Of a stretch of 64,000 bases of DNA, positions 48,624 to 58,200 are shown one piece after another. The notes under the pieces were generated by a model. That model did not search any database, was not told the DNA's origin, and saw only the letters and a program-made list of their open reading frames with translations. The position numbers and the translations under genes were made by a program. Position 1 is the first letter of the stretch. The number at the start of each line of letters is the position of its first letter. This DNA is from Panacagrimonas sp. (GTDB taxonomy: Bacteria > Pseudomonadota > Gammaproteobacteria > Nevskiales > Nevskiaceae). Location of the stretch: contig NZ_CBDCGN010000003.1 in NCBI RefSeq assembly GCF_965216805.1, positions 953,841 through 1,017,840 of the forward strand, given 5' to 3'.

Positions 48624-49130
48624 ATGCACGCGACCAGAACTCAGGCGGTGGCAGCGCCGACGGCAGCCGATGCGGGCTCCGGATCGCCCGGCCGGCCGGC
48701 CGGCCGCTTGCTGGAAGACAGCGTGCAGCAGGGATTGAATCTGTTTCTGGCGCTCAAGAACCCGGCGCAGATGCCGGCCTTGCTGGCCAGTCTGGACGCC
48801 TTGCAGCCGCAGGTGCGGGCCGCGCTCAGTGCGCTGCACTACGTGCATTTCGCGCGCTTCCTGCCCAGTCGCGACGGCAGCACCCTGATGGTCATCACCG
48901 TGTTCGACGGCGACCTGCAGTCCTATCTGATGGATTTCGTGGCGGTGCTGGGCGAGGTCTTCACCGCCATCCTGGAGTTCGTGCGGGATGCGCCGCGGCT
49001 ACCGGTGTCGGCCTATCCGCAGGACTTCTGCGAATTCGTGATGAAGAACAATCTGCGGCAGGTGCAGCCCTGGGCCGCCTATCCCTCGATGACCGTGCTC
49101 GACATCCTGCAGGCGCAGTCCCGTGGCTGA
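48624..49130 (+). CDS. small uncharacterised protein of the type found beside Dyp peroxidases
   Basis: VHFARFL...LMVITVFDGDLQSYLMDF...AYPSMTV pattern. It overlaps the Dyp start by 8 bp. Confidence 0.75.
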   Translation: MHATRTQAVAAPTAADAGSGSPGRPAGRLLEDSVQQGLNLFLALKNPAQMPALLASLDALQPQVRAALSALHYVHFARFLPSRDGSTLMVITVFDGDLQSYLMDFVAVLGEVFTAILEFVRDAPRLPVSAYPQDFCEFVMKNNLRQVQPWAAYPSMTVLDILQAQSRG

Positions 49131-50526
49131 GGCGGCCCTGGAGCTGGACGACATCCAGGGCAATCTGCTGCGCGGCTATCACTTGCCGCTGGCCGTGCAC
49201 TTGGCTTTTGCGTTTGCCGACGGCCGATCCGCCCGCGGCCTGCTCGCCGAGCTGATCGACGGCGGCGACGGGCTGCCGCCGCTGACCAGCGCGCGGCCCT
49301 GGTCGCACAAACCGTCGACCACCCTGAATCTGGGGCTCACCTGGGCCGGACTGGCGGCGCTGGGGCTGCCTGCGGCGGTGCTCGGCCGTTTCCCCCAAGC
49401 GTTTCGCGACGGACCCGGTCAGCCCGAGCGCGCTGCCGCCCTGGGCGACGTCGGCGCCAGTGCGCCCAGCCACTGGGAGCTGGGCGGCAGCGCCAGCGAG
49501 GTTGCCCACGGCCTGCTGTCGATCCACGCGGCGGGCGAACCGCACCTGCAGCTGGCGACGCAGCACCTGCGCGACCGCCTGGCACAGGCGGGCGTGCGCG
49601 AACTATGGTCGCGGCAGGCCGCTGCGCTGCCGGGCGATCGGGTGCATTTCGGTTACCGCGATGGCATCGCCCAGCCGCGCATCGCCGGTTCCGGGCCGGG
49701 CCAGCGGGCGGATGCGCAGCCGCTGGCGCCGGCAGGGGATTTCCTGCTCGGTGGTAGCCACGTCAACTGCTACGGCGGCAATCATCTCGGCGATCTGCCG
49801 GCGAACTTGTGCACCAACGCCACCTATGGCGCGTTCCGGGTGCTGGCGCAGGACGCGGCAGCCTTCGAGCGTCTGATCCGCCTCAGCGGCCGACGCTGGC
49901 AGATGGACCCGGAACAGGTGGCGGCCAAGCTGATGGGGCGCTGGCGCAACGGCGTGCCGCTGTCGCTGGCGCCGGATCGCGCCGTCGATGCCGTCGGCGC
50001 GCCGTCGGTGGCCGATGCCGGCATCCAGGATTTCGACTATGCGCCCAGCGCCGCCCACCCGGGTCGCTACGACGATGCGCTAGGTCTGCGCTGCCCGGTG
50101 GGCGCACACATACGACGTCTCAATCCGCGCGGCGCGCAGGTGATGGGCCAGCCGCACAGCCGGCGCCTCGTGCGTCGCGCCATGCCCTACGGACCCGAAT
50201 ACGACACCCGCGACCCGTACCTGGCCGACGACGGCATCGAGCGTGGCCTGGTCGGCTACTTCCTGTGCGGCGATCTGGAACAGCAGTTCGAATTTCTGCA
50301 GCGGGTCTGGGTCAACCAGGACATCGCCGCGCCCGGGCTGCGCGGCACGCGCGACCCGTTGCTGGGCGCGCATCCGCCCTGCGGCGGCAAGTTCGTCATC
50401 CGCACCGACGATCCGCGCGATCCCATCGTGCTGTCCGACCTGCCGCATTGGGTCGCCACGCGCGGCTCGCTGTACTGCCTGCTGCCGGGCCTGCGCGGCC
50501 TGCGCCATCTGGCCCAACCGACATGA
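49123..50526 (+). CDS. Dyp-type heme peroxidase (no signal peptide)
   Basis: DDIQGNLL, distal FGYRDGIAQP (GxxDG), proximal GAHIRRLNPR, distal Arg in RRLVRRAMPY, and EQQFEFLQRVW. Confidence 0.9.
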   Translation: MAEAALELDDIQGNLLRGYHLPLAVHLAFAFADGRSARGLLAELIDGGDGLPPLTSARPWSHKPSTTLNLGLTWAGLAALGLPAAVLGRFPQAFRDGPGQPERAAALGDVGASAPSHWELGGSASEVAHGLLSIHAAGEPHLQLATQHLRDRLAQAGVRELWSRQAAALPGDRVHFGYRDGIAQPRIAGSGPGQRADAQPLAPAGDFLLGGSHVNCYGGNHLGDLPANLCTNATYGAFRVLAQDAAAFERLIRLSGRRWQMDPEQVAAKLMGRWRNGVPLSLAPDRAVDAVGAPSVADAGIQDFDYAPSAAHPGRYDDALGLRCPVGAHIRRLNPRGAQVMGQPHSRRLVRRAMPYGPEYDTRDPYLADDGIERGLVGYFLCGDLEQQFEFLQRVWVNQDIAAPGLRGTRDPLLGAHPPCGGKFVIRTDDPRDPIVLSDLPHWVATRGSLYCLLPGLRGLRHLAQPT

Positions 50527-52859
50527 ACCGGATCACCCCGCAGGACCTGCAGCCCGACGAAATCTGGCCGCTGCGCTCCGGCGACAGCGCCTGCACCGGC
50601 TCGGCCCACGTCTACTGGGCCAGCGGCCAGACCCAGGTGCGCCGGCCGCTGGTGTTCGTGGAAGGGTTTCCCGGTGGGCACACGCTGGCTTATCTGCTGG
50701 CGGTGCTGCAGCAGCACGGCCTGATGCGGAGCTTGCGCGAGCGCGGCTATGACGTGGTGATCCAGGGGCTGGACCAGGGCGCGGCGCCGATCCAGCACAA
50801 CGCCGGAGTGGTGGAGGCCTGCATCGAGGCGCTCAAGGCGCGCACCTCGCAGCCGCTGGTGGTGGCCGGCATGAGCCTGGGCGGGTTGGTGGTGCGCTAT
50901 GCCCTGGCCCGGATGGAACGCGCCGGGCGCGACCACGCCACCCGCGCCATGCTCACCCTGGACACCCCGCATCGCGGCGCCTACACCAGCCTGGCGGCGC
51001 AGTGGTTCGCGCAGAATTTCGCGCCTGCCGGCGCACCGATCGCCGAACTGGCGGCCCTGCTCGATACGCCGGCCAATCAGCAGCTGGTGATGCTGTGGCT
51101 GCACGACAACCGCGCGCTGCGCAGTCCGCTGCGCAGCGCCTTGCTGCGCGAGTTCGAGGACCTCGGCGGTTACCCGCAACAACCCCGGCGCTGGGCCATC
51201 GCCAGCGGTCGAGGCGATGGCGCGCGCAGCTTTCCCGCGCAGCGTCTGGCGCTGGACTGGCAGGACCGCGCCGGCAACGCGGCGCGGCTGTGGACGCTGG
51301 GCGAGGGGGCGCCGGCGCGCGTCGCCGAGGGGCAGTGCGAAGGCCAGACGCTGCCGGAGCTGGACGTGCATGGCGAGTTGAGCTGGGAGGCGATGCCGGG
51401 CGGGCAGGGGCGTTACCTGGAATCCGCGGCGCAATGCGCGCAGTGGCTGGGCGGCGCGCCGGTGCCCGTCGCAGTGCCGCTGAGCTGCAGCGTGCCCACG
51501 GTCAGTGCGCTGGATCTGGACCTGCATCCGCTGGCGCCGGTGCCGGCGACGCCGCCGCACGGCAATCCGTTTCATGCCTACTGCGTGCAGAGTCGCAATC
51601 ACCCGCACCTCTACTTCGAACCGGCCACCTGCGACTGGCTGCTGGCACGGCTGCAGGAACCGGCGACGGCGACCGTGGCCTTCGATCCGCACGACCCCGA
51701 CTTCCTGCGCGATCCTTATCCGACCTATGCCGCGCTGCGCCGCGACACCCCGGTGCGCTGGGTGGAGCCCTACCAGGCGTGGTGGGTGTTCGGCGAGCCC
51801 GAGGTGCGCGCGGTGCTGGAGGACGCCGCCGGCTTTCTCAAGGCCGACCCCGCGCGGCCCGCGGCGCCGGTCCGCCCTGCCGTGTTCGAGATCGACGACT
51901 ACCTGGCGCCCGGTCTGTTCGCCGCCGATCCGCCCTGGCATACGCAACTGCGTGCGGCGCTGCAGCCCGACTTCGATGCCGCCATCGCACCGGCCGCGGC
52001 GGTGGCCGCCAGCGTTGCCGAATCCCTGCTCGGCGATCTGCCGGAGTCCGGCCGTCTGGAATTGGTCAGTGCCTATGCCCTGCCGCTGCCCGCGCAAACC
52101 CTGTTCCAGCTGATGGGCGTGGATCCGCAGCACGTGCCGGTGCTGATCGGCTGGGTGACTGCGGCGGTGATCGCCCACGACATCCGGCAGTCGCAGTCCC
52201 TGCGCCTGGCCGGTGCCACCACCGGCTTCGCGCTGGGCGCCTACTTTCAGGGCGCGCTGCGCGCACCGCCGGTGGCGACGCCCGATGCGCTGATCCCGCG
52301 GCTGATCGCGCGATCGCAGCAGGGCGGCTTGAGTGCAGACCAGCTGCAGGCCAGCCTGGTGAGCATGGCCATCGCCGGATACCTATCCACCACCTTCCTG
52401 ATCTGCACCGGCCTGCGGCACCTGCTCGAACATCCGCAGGCGCAGCAGGCCCTGCTGCACGGCGGACCGGCGCAGGAACGCGCGCTGATCGACGAACTGC
52501 TACGCCTGGACGCACCGGCGCAGATCGTGGACCGCGTGGTCGCCCGCGACTGCGAACTCGGTGGCATCAGGCTGCGCCAGGGCGACAAGCTGGCGCTGGT
52601 GCTGGGTTCGGCCAATCGCGACCGGGCGGCCGCGGAGCGGCCCGATGCGCTGCGCCTGGATCGTTCGGGAGCCGCGCAACTGAGTTTCGGCGAGGGCATC
52701 CACCGCTGCATCGGCGAGCCGTTGGCGCGGCAGGTGGCGCCGGTAGCGCTCAGGACGCTGCTGAGGCGCCTGCCCCGGCTGCGGGTCCAGGGCCTGCCGC
52801 AATGGCAGACCGATCCCTATCTGCGCGGCCTGAGCAATCTGCCGGTCGCCTGGGGGTAA
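50523..52859 (+). CDS. alpha/beta-hydrolase (PGAP1/lipase-like)-cytochrome P450 fusion protein
   Basis: The N-half has VFVEGF, GMSLGG (GxSxG) and LDTPHRGA. The C-half from about 51681 has DPYPTY, DPPWHTQLR, ELLR (ExxR) and FGEGIHRCIG (heme Cys). One open frame with an ATGA overlap on the Dyp stop. Confidence 0.88.
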   Translation: MNRITPQDLQPDEIWPLRSGDSACTGSAHVYWASGQTQVRRPLVFVEGFPGGHTLAYLLAVLQQHGLMRSLRERGYDVVIQGLDQGAAPIQHNAGVVEACIEALKARTSQPLVVAGMSLGGLVVRYALARMERAGRDHATRAMLTLDTPHRGAYTSLAAQWFAQNFAPAGAPIAELAALLDTPANQQLVMLWLHDNRALRSPLRSALLREFEDLGGYPQQPRRWAIASGRGDGARSFPAQRLALDWQDRAGNAARLWTLGEGAPARVAEGQCEGQTLPELDVHGELSWEAMPGGQGRYLESAAQCAQWLGGAPVPVAVPLSCSVPTVSALDLDLHPLAPVPATPPHGNPFHAYCVQSRNHPHLYFEPATCDWLLARLQEPATATVAFDPHDPDFLRDPYPTYAALRRDTPVRWVEPYQAWWVFGEPEVRAVLEDAAGFLKADPARPAAPVRPAVFEIDDYLAPGLFAADPPWHTQLRAALQPDFDAAIAPAAAVAASVAESLLGDLPESGRLELVSAYALPLPAQTLFQLMGVDPQHVPVLIGWVTAAVIAHDIRQSQSLRLAGATTGFALGAYFQGALRAPPVATPDALIPRLIARSQQGGLSADQLQASLVSMAIAGYLSTTFLICTGLRHLLEHPQAQQALLHGGPAQERALIDELLRLDAPAQIVDRVVARDCELGGIRLRQGDKLALVLGSANRDRAAAERPDALRLDRSGAAQLSFGEGIHRCIGEPLARQVAPVALRTLLRRLPRLRVQGLPQWQTDPYLRGLSNLPVAWG

Positions 52860-52885
52860 GACCCCGAGGCGGCGCGCACCACCGC

Positions 52886-54172
52886 TCAGCCGAGCCCGGC
52901 GATCTCGCGTGCGGCCGCCACCAGCGCCAGTCGCGCCACCACGCCGTAGGCATAGAACTGGTTGGGCCGCGCGTCCGGGGCCACCGACAGGTCGGGATGA
53001 TTGCAGCAGTTTTCGAACGGCAGCGGCTTGAAGCTCATGCCCGGTGCGTTGAGGTTTTCCTGATTGCTGCGCTTTTCGTTGACGCGATAGAAACCACCGA
53101 CTACGAAACGGTCGATCATGTACACCACCGGTTCGGCGGCGTGGTTGTCCGGGCCCCAGGTCTCGAAGGTGTGCACGCCTTCCTGCAGGATTGCGCCGGT
53201 GACTTCGCGACCTTCCTTGGCGCTGCTCATGTGGGTACGCGCCTTGCGGTTCATCTCGCGCACGTCATCGGCGCTGCGCACCGTCATCACGCCCATGCCG
53301 TAGGTGCCGGCATCGGCCTTGACGATGACGAAGGGCTCCTCATGGATGCCGTACTCGGCGTACTTTTCGCGGATGTCTTCCAGCAACAGCTCGACGTTGC
53401 TGACCAGGCATTCCTCGCCCTCGCGCTTCATGAAATTGATCTGCCCGCAATTGCGAAAGCGCGGATCCACCCACCAGGGGTCGATGCCGGCGATCTTGCC
53501 GAACTCGGTGGCCACGTCGCGGTAGTAACCGAAGTGATGGGTCTTGAGCCGCGCGTGCCAGCCCGCCGCGGGCGGAGGCGACACTGTCTGCGAAATGCCC
53601 TGCAGCATCTCGGGGATGCCGGCAGACAGGTCGTTGTTGAGCAACACCAGGCAGGGCGTGAAGTCGCCCACGCGCACCTTGTCGCCTTCGCGGACCAGCG
53701 GCTCCAGGGTGAGCTGCCTGCCGGAGATCTCCAGTGACAGGGTGGTGGCTTCGCGGACCTCCGGGTTGAGCGTGCCGATGCGCACGTGAAAGCCGGCCTC
53801 GCGCAGCAGCTCGAACAGGCTGGCGACGTTCTCCAGGTAGAACTTGTTGCGCGTGTGGTTTTCGGGCACCAGCAGCACGCCGTTGCAGGTCGGGCAGGCG
53901 CGCTCCACGGCGGACTGGATCGCCTGGATGCACAGCGGCTCCATGCTCGGCGCCAGGTTGTTGAAGCCGCCCGGAAACAGATTGGTGTCCACCGGCGCCA
54001 GCTTGAAGCCGGCGTTGCGCAGATCCACCGAGGCGTAGAACGGCGGCGGCGTGCTCAGCCATTGGCGCCGGAACCAGGCTTCGATGTCCGCGCTGCGCGC
54101 GATCAACTGCTGCTCGAAGCGCAGCAAGGGCGAGGTATGCGGGGTGGACAACTGCGGGACGTTGCCGAGCAT
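52886..54172 (-). CDS. gshA: glutamate-cysteine ligase
   Basis: PPFYASVDLRNAGFKLAPVDTNLFPGGFNNL, PENHTRN, LLNNDLS, KADAGTYGMG, QEGV and GGFYRV motifs. Confidence 0.93.
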   Translation of the reverse strand: MLGNVPQLSTPHTSPLLRFEQQLIARSADIEAWFRRQWLSTPPPFYASVDLRNAGFKLAPVDTNLFPGGFNNLAPSMEPLCIQAIQSAVERACPTCNGVLLVPENHTRNKFYLENVASLFELLREAGFHVRIGTLNPEVREATTLSLEISGRQLTLEPLVREGDKVRVGDFTPCLVLLNNDLSAGIPEMLQGISQTVSPPPAAGWHARLKTHHFGYYRDVATEFGKIAGIDPWWVDPRFRNCGQINFMKREGEECLVSNVELLLEDIREKYAEYGIHEEPFVIVKADAGTYGMGVMTVRSADDVREMNRKARTHMSSAKEGREVTGAILQEGVHTFETWGPDNHAAEPVVYMIDRFVVGGFYRVNEKRSNQENLNAPGMSFKPLPFENCCNHPDLSVAPDARPNQFYAYGVVARLALVAAAREIAGLG

Positions 54173-54354
54173 GGGAATTCCATCGAAGTGGGCGACGCTA
54201 AGGTTAGCCCATCCGGATTGCCGGTCCGCGTCGGTGCGGACGTAGGCGGCGTGCGCGGGCATGTGCTAAAAATCGGTGCATTACGGGGAACCGGTCCAAG
54301 GCCTTCGGCGCCTGGCGCACCGCGCGCACGGATCAGGCATCGAGGGGAACACGA

Positions 54355-54735
54355 GTGTCGACAGCGGCAGCAGCCAAGATCATGGTGATCGACGACAGTC
54401 AGACGATCCGGCGTACCGCCGAATCGCTGCTGGCCAAGGAAGGTTTTACCGTGGTCACCGCGCAGGACGGCTTCGAGGCCCTGGCCAAGATCGCCGACCA
54501 CCACCCGGACCTGGTGTTCATCGACATCATGATGCCGCGCCTGGACGGCTATCAGGCCTGTGCGCTGATCAAGGCCAACCCGCGTTACGCGGGCACCCCG
54601 GTCATCATGCTGTCGTCCAAGGACGGATTGTTCGATCGTGCGCGCGGCCGCATCGTCGGCTCCGACGAGTACCTCACCAAACCGTTCACGCGCGACGAAC
54701 TGCTCGGCGCGGTCAAGACCCATCTGCGCAAATGA
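54355..54735 (+). CDS. pilG: response regulator PilG
   Basis: IDDSQTIRRTAE, DIMMPRLDGYQACALIK and LSSKDGLFDRARGRIVGS motifs. Confidence 0.93.
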   Translation: MSTAAAAKIMVIDDSQTIRRTAESLLAKEGFTVVTAQDGFEALAKIADHHPDLVFIDIMMPRLDGYQACALIKANPRYAGTPVIMLSSKDGLFDRARGRIVGSDEYLTKPFTRDELLGAVKTHLRK

Positions 54736-55280
54736 GCGCGGCCCTGCGCTCGCTGCGTGCCCAACCGTTCCACCTGCTGCTGGAGCTCGACCGGCGCCTG
54801 CGGGCCGCCCGTTCGGACAGCGCCGACGGCAGCGCGGATGTCTGGCAGGGCCTGGCGTTTCGCCTCGGCGAGCGCTGGCTGGTCGCGCCCAAGGACGACG
54901 TGCGCGAAGTCATCCCGCCGCCGCGCCTGACCCGCGTGCCCAACGCGCGGCCGTGGCTGGCCGGCGTCGCCAACGTGCGCGGCAGTCTGCTCACGGTGGT
55001 GGACTCCGGTCGCCTGCTGGGCGACGAGGCCAGCGGCGACAAGCGCACCGCGCGGGTGCTGGTGCTCAATTCGGAACGTCTGCCGGCCGGCTTCCTGGTC
55101 GACGAGGTGGCCGGCTACCGCCAGTTCACGGTGCGCGAGCAGGCCGACCTCGAAAGGTCGGAGCAGGACCCGTCTGCGCCCTACCTGCTCGGTGGCTTCC
55201 AGCGCGAGGGCCGCGTCTGGCCGGTGCTGAGCCTGCATCGCCTGGCGCAGTCGGACGCGCTGCGGCGCGCGGGGTGGTAA
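54732..55280 (+). CDS. pilI: CheW-like protein PilI
   Basis: TRVPNARPWLAGVANVRGSLLTVVD and GFLVDEVAG motifs. ATGA overlap with pilG. Confidence 0.85.
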   Translation: MSAALRSLRAQPFHLLLELDRRLRAARSDSADGSADVWQGLAFRLGERWLVAPKDDVREVIPPPRLTRVPNARPWLAGVANVRGSLLTVVDSGRLLGDEASGDKRTARVLVLNSERLPAGFLVDEVAGYRQFTVREQADLERSEQDPSAPYLLGGFQREGRVWPVLSLHRLAQSDALRRAGW

Positions 55281-55284
55281 GCAC

Positions 55285-58200
55285 ATGAACCGCAACGCGC
55301 ATAGCCTGCCGTCGTCCATCCGTGGGGTCAGTGCCGGTTTGCACTGGGTGCGCAAGGAGCTCGACCAGAACCTGCAGCTGGCCAGCCAGTTGATCCAGCA
55401 GCACGCCGAGGCACCGCAGGGTGCGGCGGCGCTGCACAAGGCCATCTCCCATCTGCAGGAAGTACGCGGCGCCTCGGTGCTGATCCAGGCCTACGGGGTG
55501 GCGCTGCTGGCCGAGGAGATGAAGCAGACCGCGCAGGACCTGGCGGCCGGTCGCGTCCACGAGCCCGATCCGGCCTACGCCGCGGTGGTGGGCGCCTGCC
55601 TGCAGGCCGGCGATTACCTGGACCTGCTGCAGCAAGGCCAGCAGGACAGCGCGCTGATCCTGCAGCCCATCGTCAATGAACTGCGGCTGTCGCGCGGCAA
55701 GAGCCTGCTCACCGAAGACGATCTGTTCGTGGCGCAGTTCCGCGTGCTGGGGCTTGTCCTTCCGCGGCGCACGCCGCTGCGTGACGAAGCCAACCTGCAA
55801 GCCGAGGCGCAGCGACTGTCGCCGGTGTTCTCGGCCTCGCTGCTGTCCTGGTTCAAGGAGCAGGACACCGCGCAGGCGCTGAGCCGCATCGGCCGCATCT
55901 GCGAGGTGCTGGCGGATCTCTCGCGCGAACGTCCCATGTACCAGTTGTGGCGCACCGCCGCCGCCTGCGTCGAGGCGCTGCTGTCGCGCACCCTGGACGA
56001 AACCCTGGAGCTGAAGCGCCAGTTCGGACGCGCCGGGCAGTTGCTGAAGATTGTGGGCGAATCCGGCGAGGCCCCGGCCCTGCGCCAGATGAGCGACGTC
56101 TCCATGCGCCTGCTGTTCTACGCCGGGCGTTCGGCCGGCGCCGGCCCGCGCGTGACCGAACTGCGTCAGGGCCTGCAACTGGAGACCTGGCTGCCGCCGG
56201 TGGAGACCGTGCAGGCCTGCCGTGCGCGCCTGCGCGGTGCCAATACCGGTCTGCTGGTGCGGGTAGCCGAAGAACTGCGCGCCGACCTGGCCGAGGTACG
56301 CGACAGCATCGACATCGCCTTGCGCGCCGGTGCCGGTGCCGACGAACTGCAGGCCACCGCCGATCGCCTCAAGCGCGTCGCCGACACCCTGCTGGTGCTG
56401 GGCCTGTCGGCCGAAAGCCAGGCGCTGGCGCAGCCGGTGGAGACCCTGCACGAAGCCGGCGATGCCGGCGTGTCGCAGACCGCTGCCTGGATGGAATTCG
56501 CCACCGCGGTATTGCAGGTGGACCTGTCGCTGGAGGGTGCGCTGTACCGCCAGCTGCAGTCCTCCACCGCCGCCGATGACGGTACCGGCAAGCTGGCGGT
56601 CGCGGATCTGCGCGACGGCATGTCGGCGCTGTACCGCGAATCGCTGGTCAATCTGGCGCGCATCAAGACCTACATCGAGTCCTATCTCAAGCGCGAAGAC
56701 GTATTCGGGCTGCCCGAGGCCGCGCGGCTGCTGGACGAGGTCGCCGCCGGTTTTCGGATGCTGGCGCTGGACCGCGCCGAAGAACTGACCCTGCGCGTGC
56801 AGCAGTTCCTGCAGTCGCCGGGGTTCACCGCGGTGCGCAGCGACACCGTGGTGGCCGCACGCTTTGCCGACGCCATCGCCGCCATCGAGTACTACCTGGA
56901 GTTCCGCCGCGACGGCTCGCCCGCCGCCGCCGATGTGCTCGATCAGCTTGATCTGCTGGCGCAGCGCCTGGGCCAGGCCACGGAACCGGCTGCCGAGGCG
57001 GCATCCGAACCTACCGCCGATGCAGCGCCGGAACCGACCCTGGCCGATGCCGCTGCATCCGACGCTGCATCTGCCGCCGATGCCGGCGCAACGGCCGATA
57101 CCGACTACGCGGAGACGCTGGAAGAACTTTCGATCCTGGACTACGACGCCGCCGCGCGCCGCAGCGTTGCCGCCGAAGAGCCGGTGCTGCCGCCCGAGAC
57201 GCCGGAATTCCATCTGCTGGGCGAGCCCATGCCAGAACCTCCAGCGGCCGAGGTGGTGCCCACCCCCGAGGCGCAGCCGCAGTCCGCCAGCGAACCCGAA
57301 CCGGCGATCTTCGAAGGCGCGCTGGCCGAGGAAACCGACGACGCGCTGCGGAGCTTGTCGGACGCAGCACACGACATCGGAACGTCGCCGGCCGAGGCCA
57401 CGGTCGCGATCATGGCCTCCGAGCCCGAGGTGGACCCGGAGATCCGCGACATCTTCATCGAAGAAGCCTCCGAGGTACTGCAGACCCTGCAGCGTGCATT
57501 GCCGCGCTGGCTGCGCCAGCCCGACGAACGCGAGCTGCTCAGCACCATCCGCCGTTCGTTCCACACCCTCAAGGGCAGCGGACGGATGGTGGGTGCGCAG
57601 GACATCGGCGAGTTTTCCTGGGCATTGGAAAGCCTGCTCAACCGCTGCCTGGATCGCACTGTCGAGCTGTCGGCGCCGGTAATGGACACCGTGCGCGACG
57701 CAGTGGAACTGTTGCCCGCCATGGTCAACGCGTTCAGCGCCCGCCAAGCGCAGCCCGCAGCCGCACCGCGTCTGGCTGCGCAGGCGCGCCAGCTCGCTGG
57801 CAGCGCCGTGGCCGGCGACAACAACGAAATGATCGCGGTGTTCCGCGGCGACGCCCAGCAGCGCCTGCAGATGGTGGCGCGCTGGGTCAAGGATCAGGAA
57901 GGTCTGGCCGGCGAATACTCCATCCCCGAGCCGGTAGTGCGCGCCTTCCACACCCTGCGCGGCGCGGCACTGGCGGTGGATGCGCGCGCGGTCGGCGAGC
58001 TGGCCGGCAGCCTGGAAACCTATCTCGAACAATTGCACCGCGGGCGCGGCACCCTGTCGGCATCCGGCATGGCGCTGGTGGCCGAGGCCTGCACCGTCCT
58101 CGACAAATGGGTGGCGCGGGCCGGTGAGCCAGGCGCGACCGGCGTCGATGCGCGGCCCTGGCTGGAACGGGTTGAGGCCTTGCGCGGCGGCGACGGCGCG

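Noticed and set aside
44354-52885. Calling the gshA-gshB intervening block a mobile element or prophage
   Set aside because: No integrase, transposase, tRNA, att-like or terminal repeats were seen, and there is no drop in GC. It is reported only as an accessory insertion by synteny inference.
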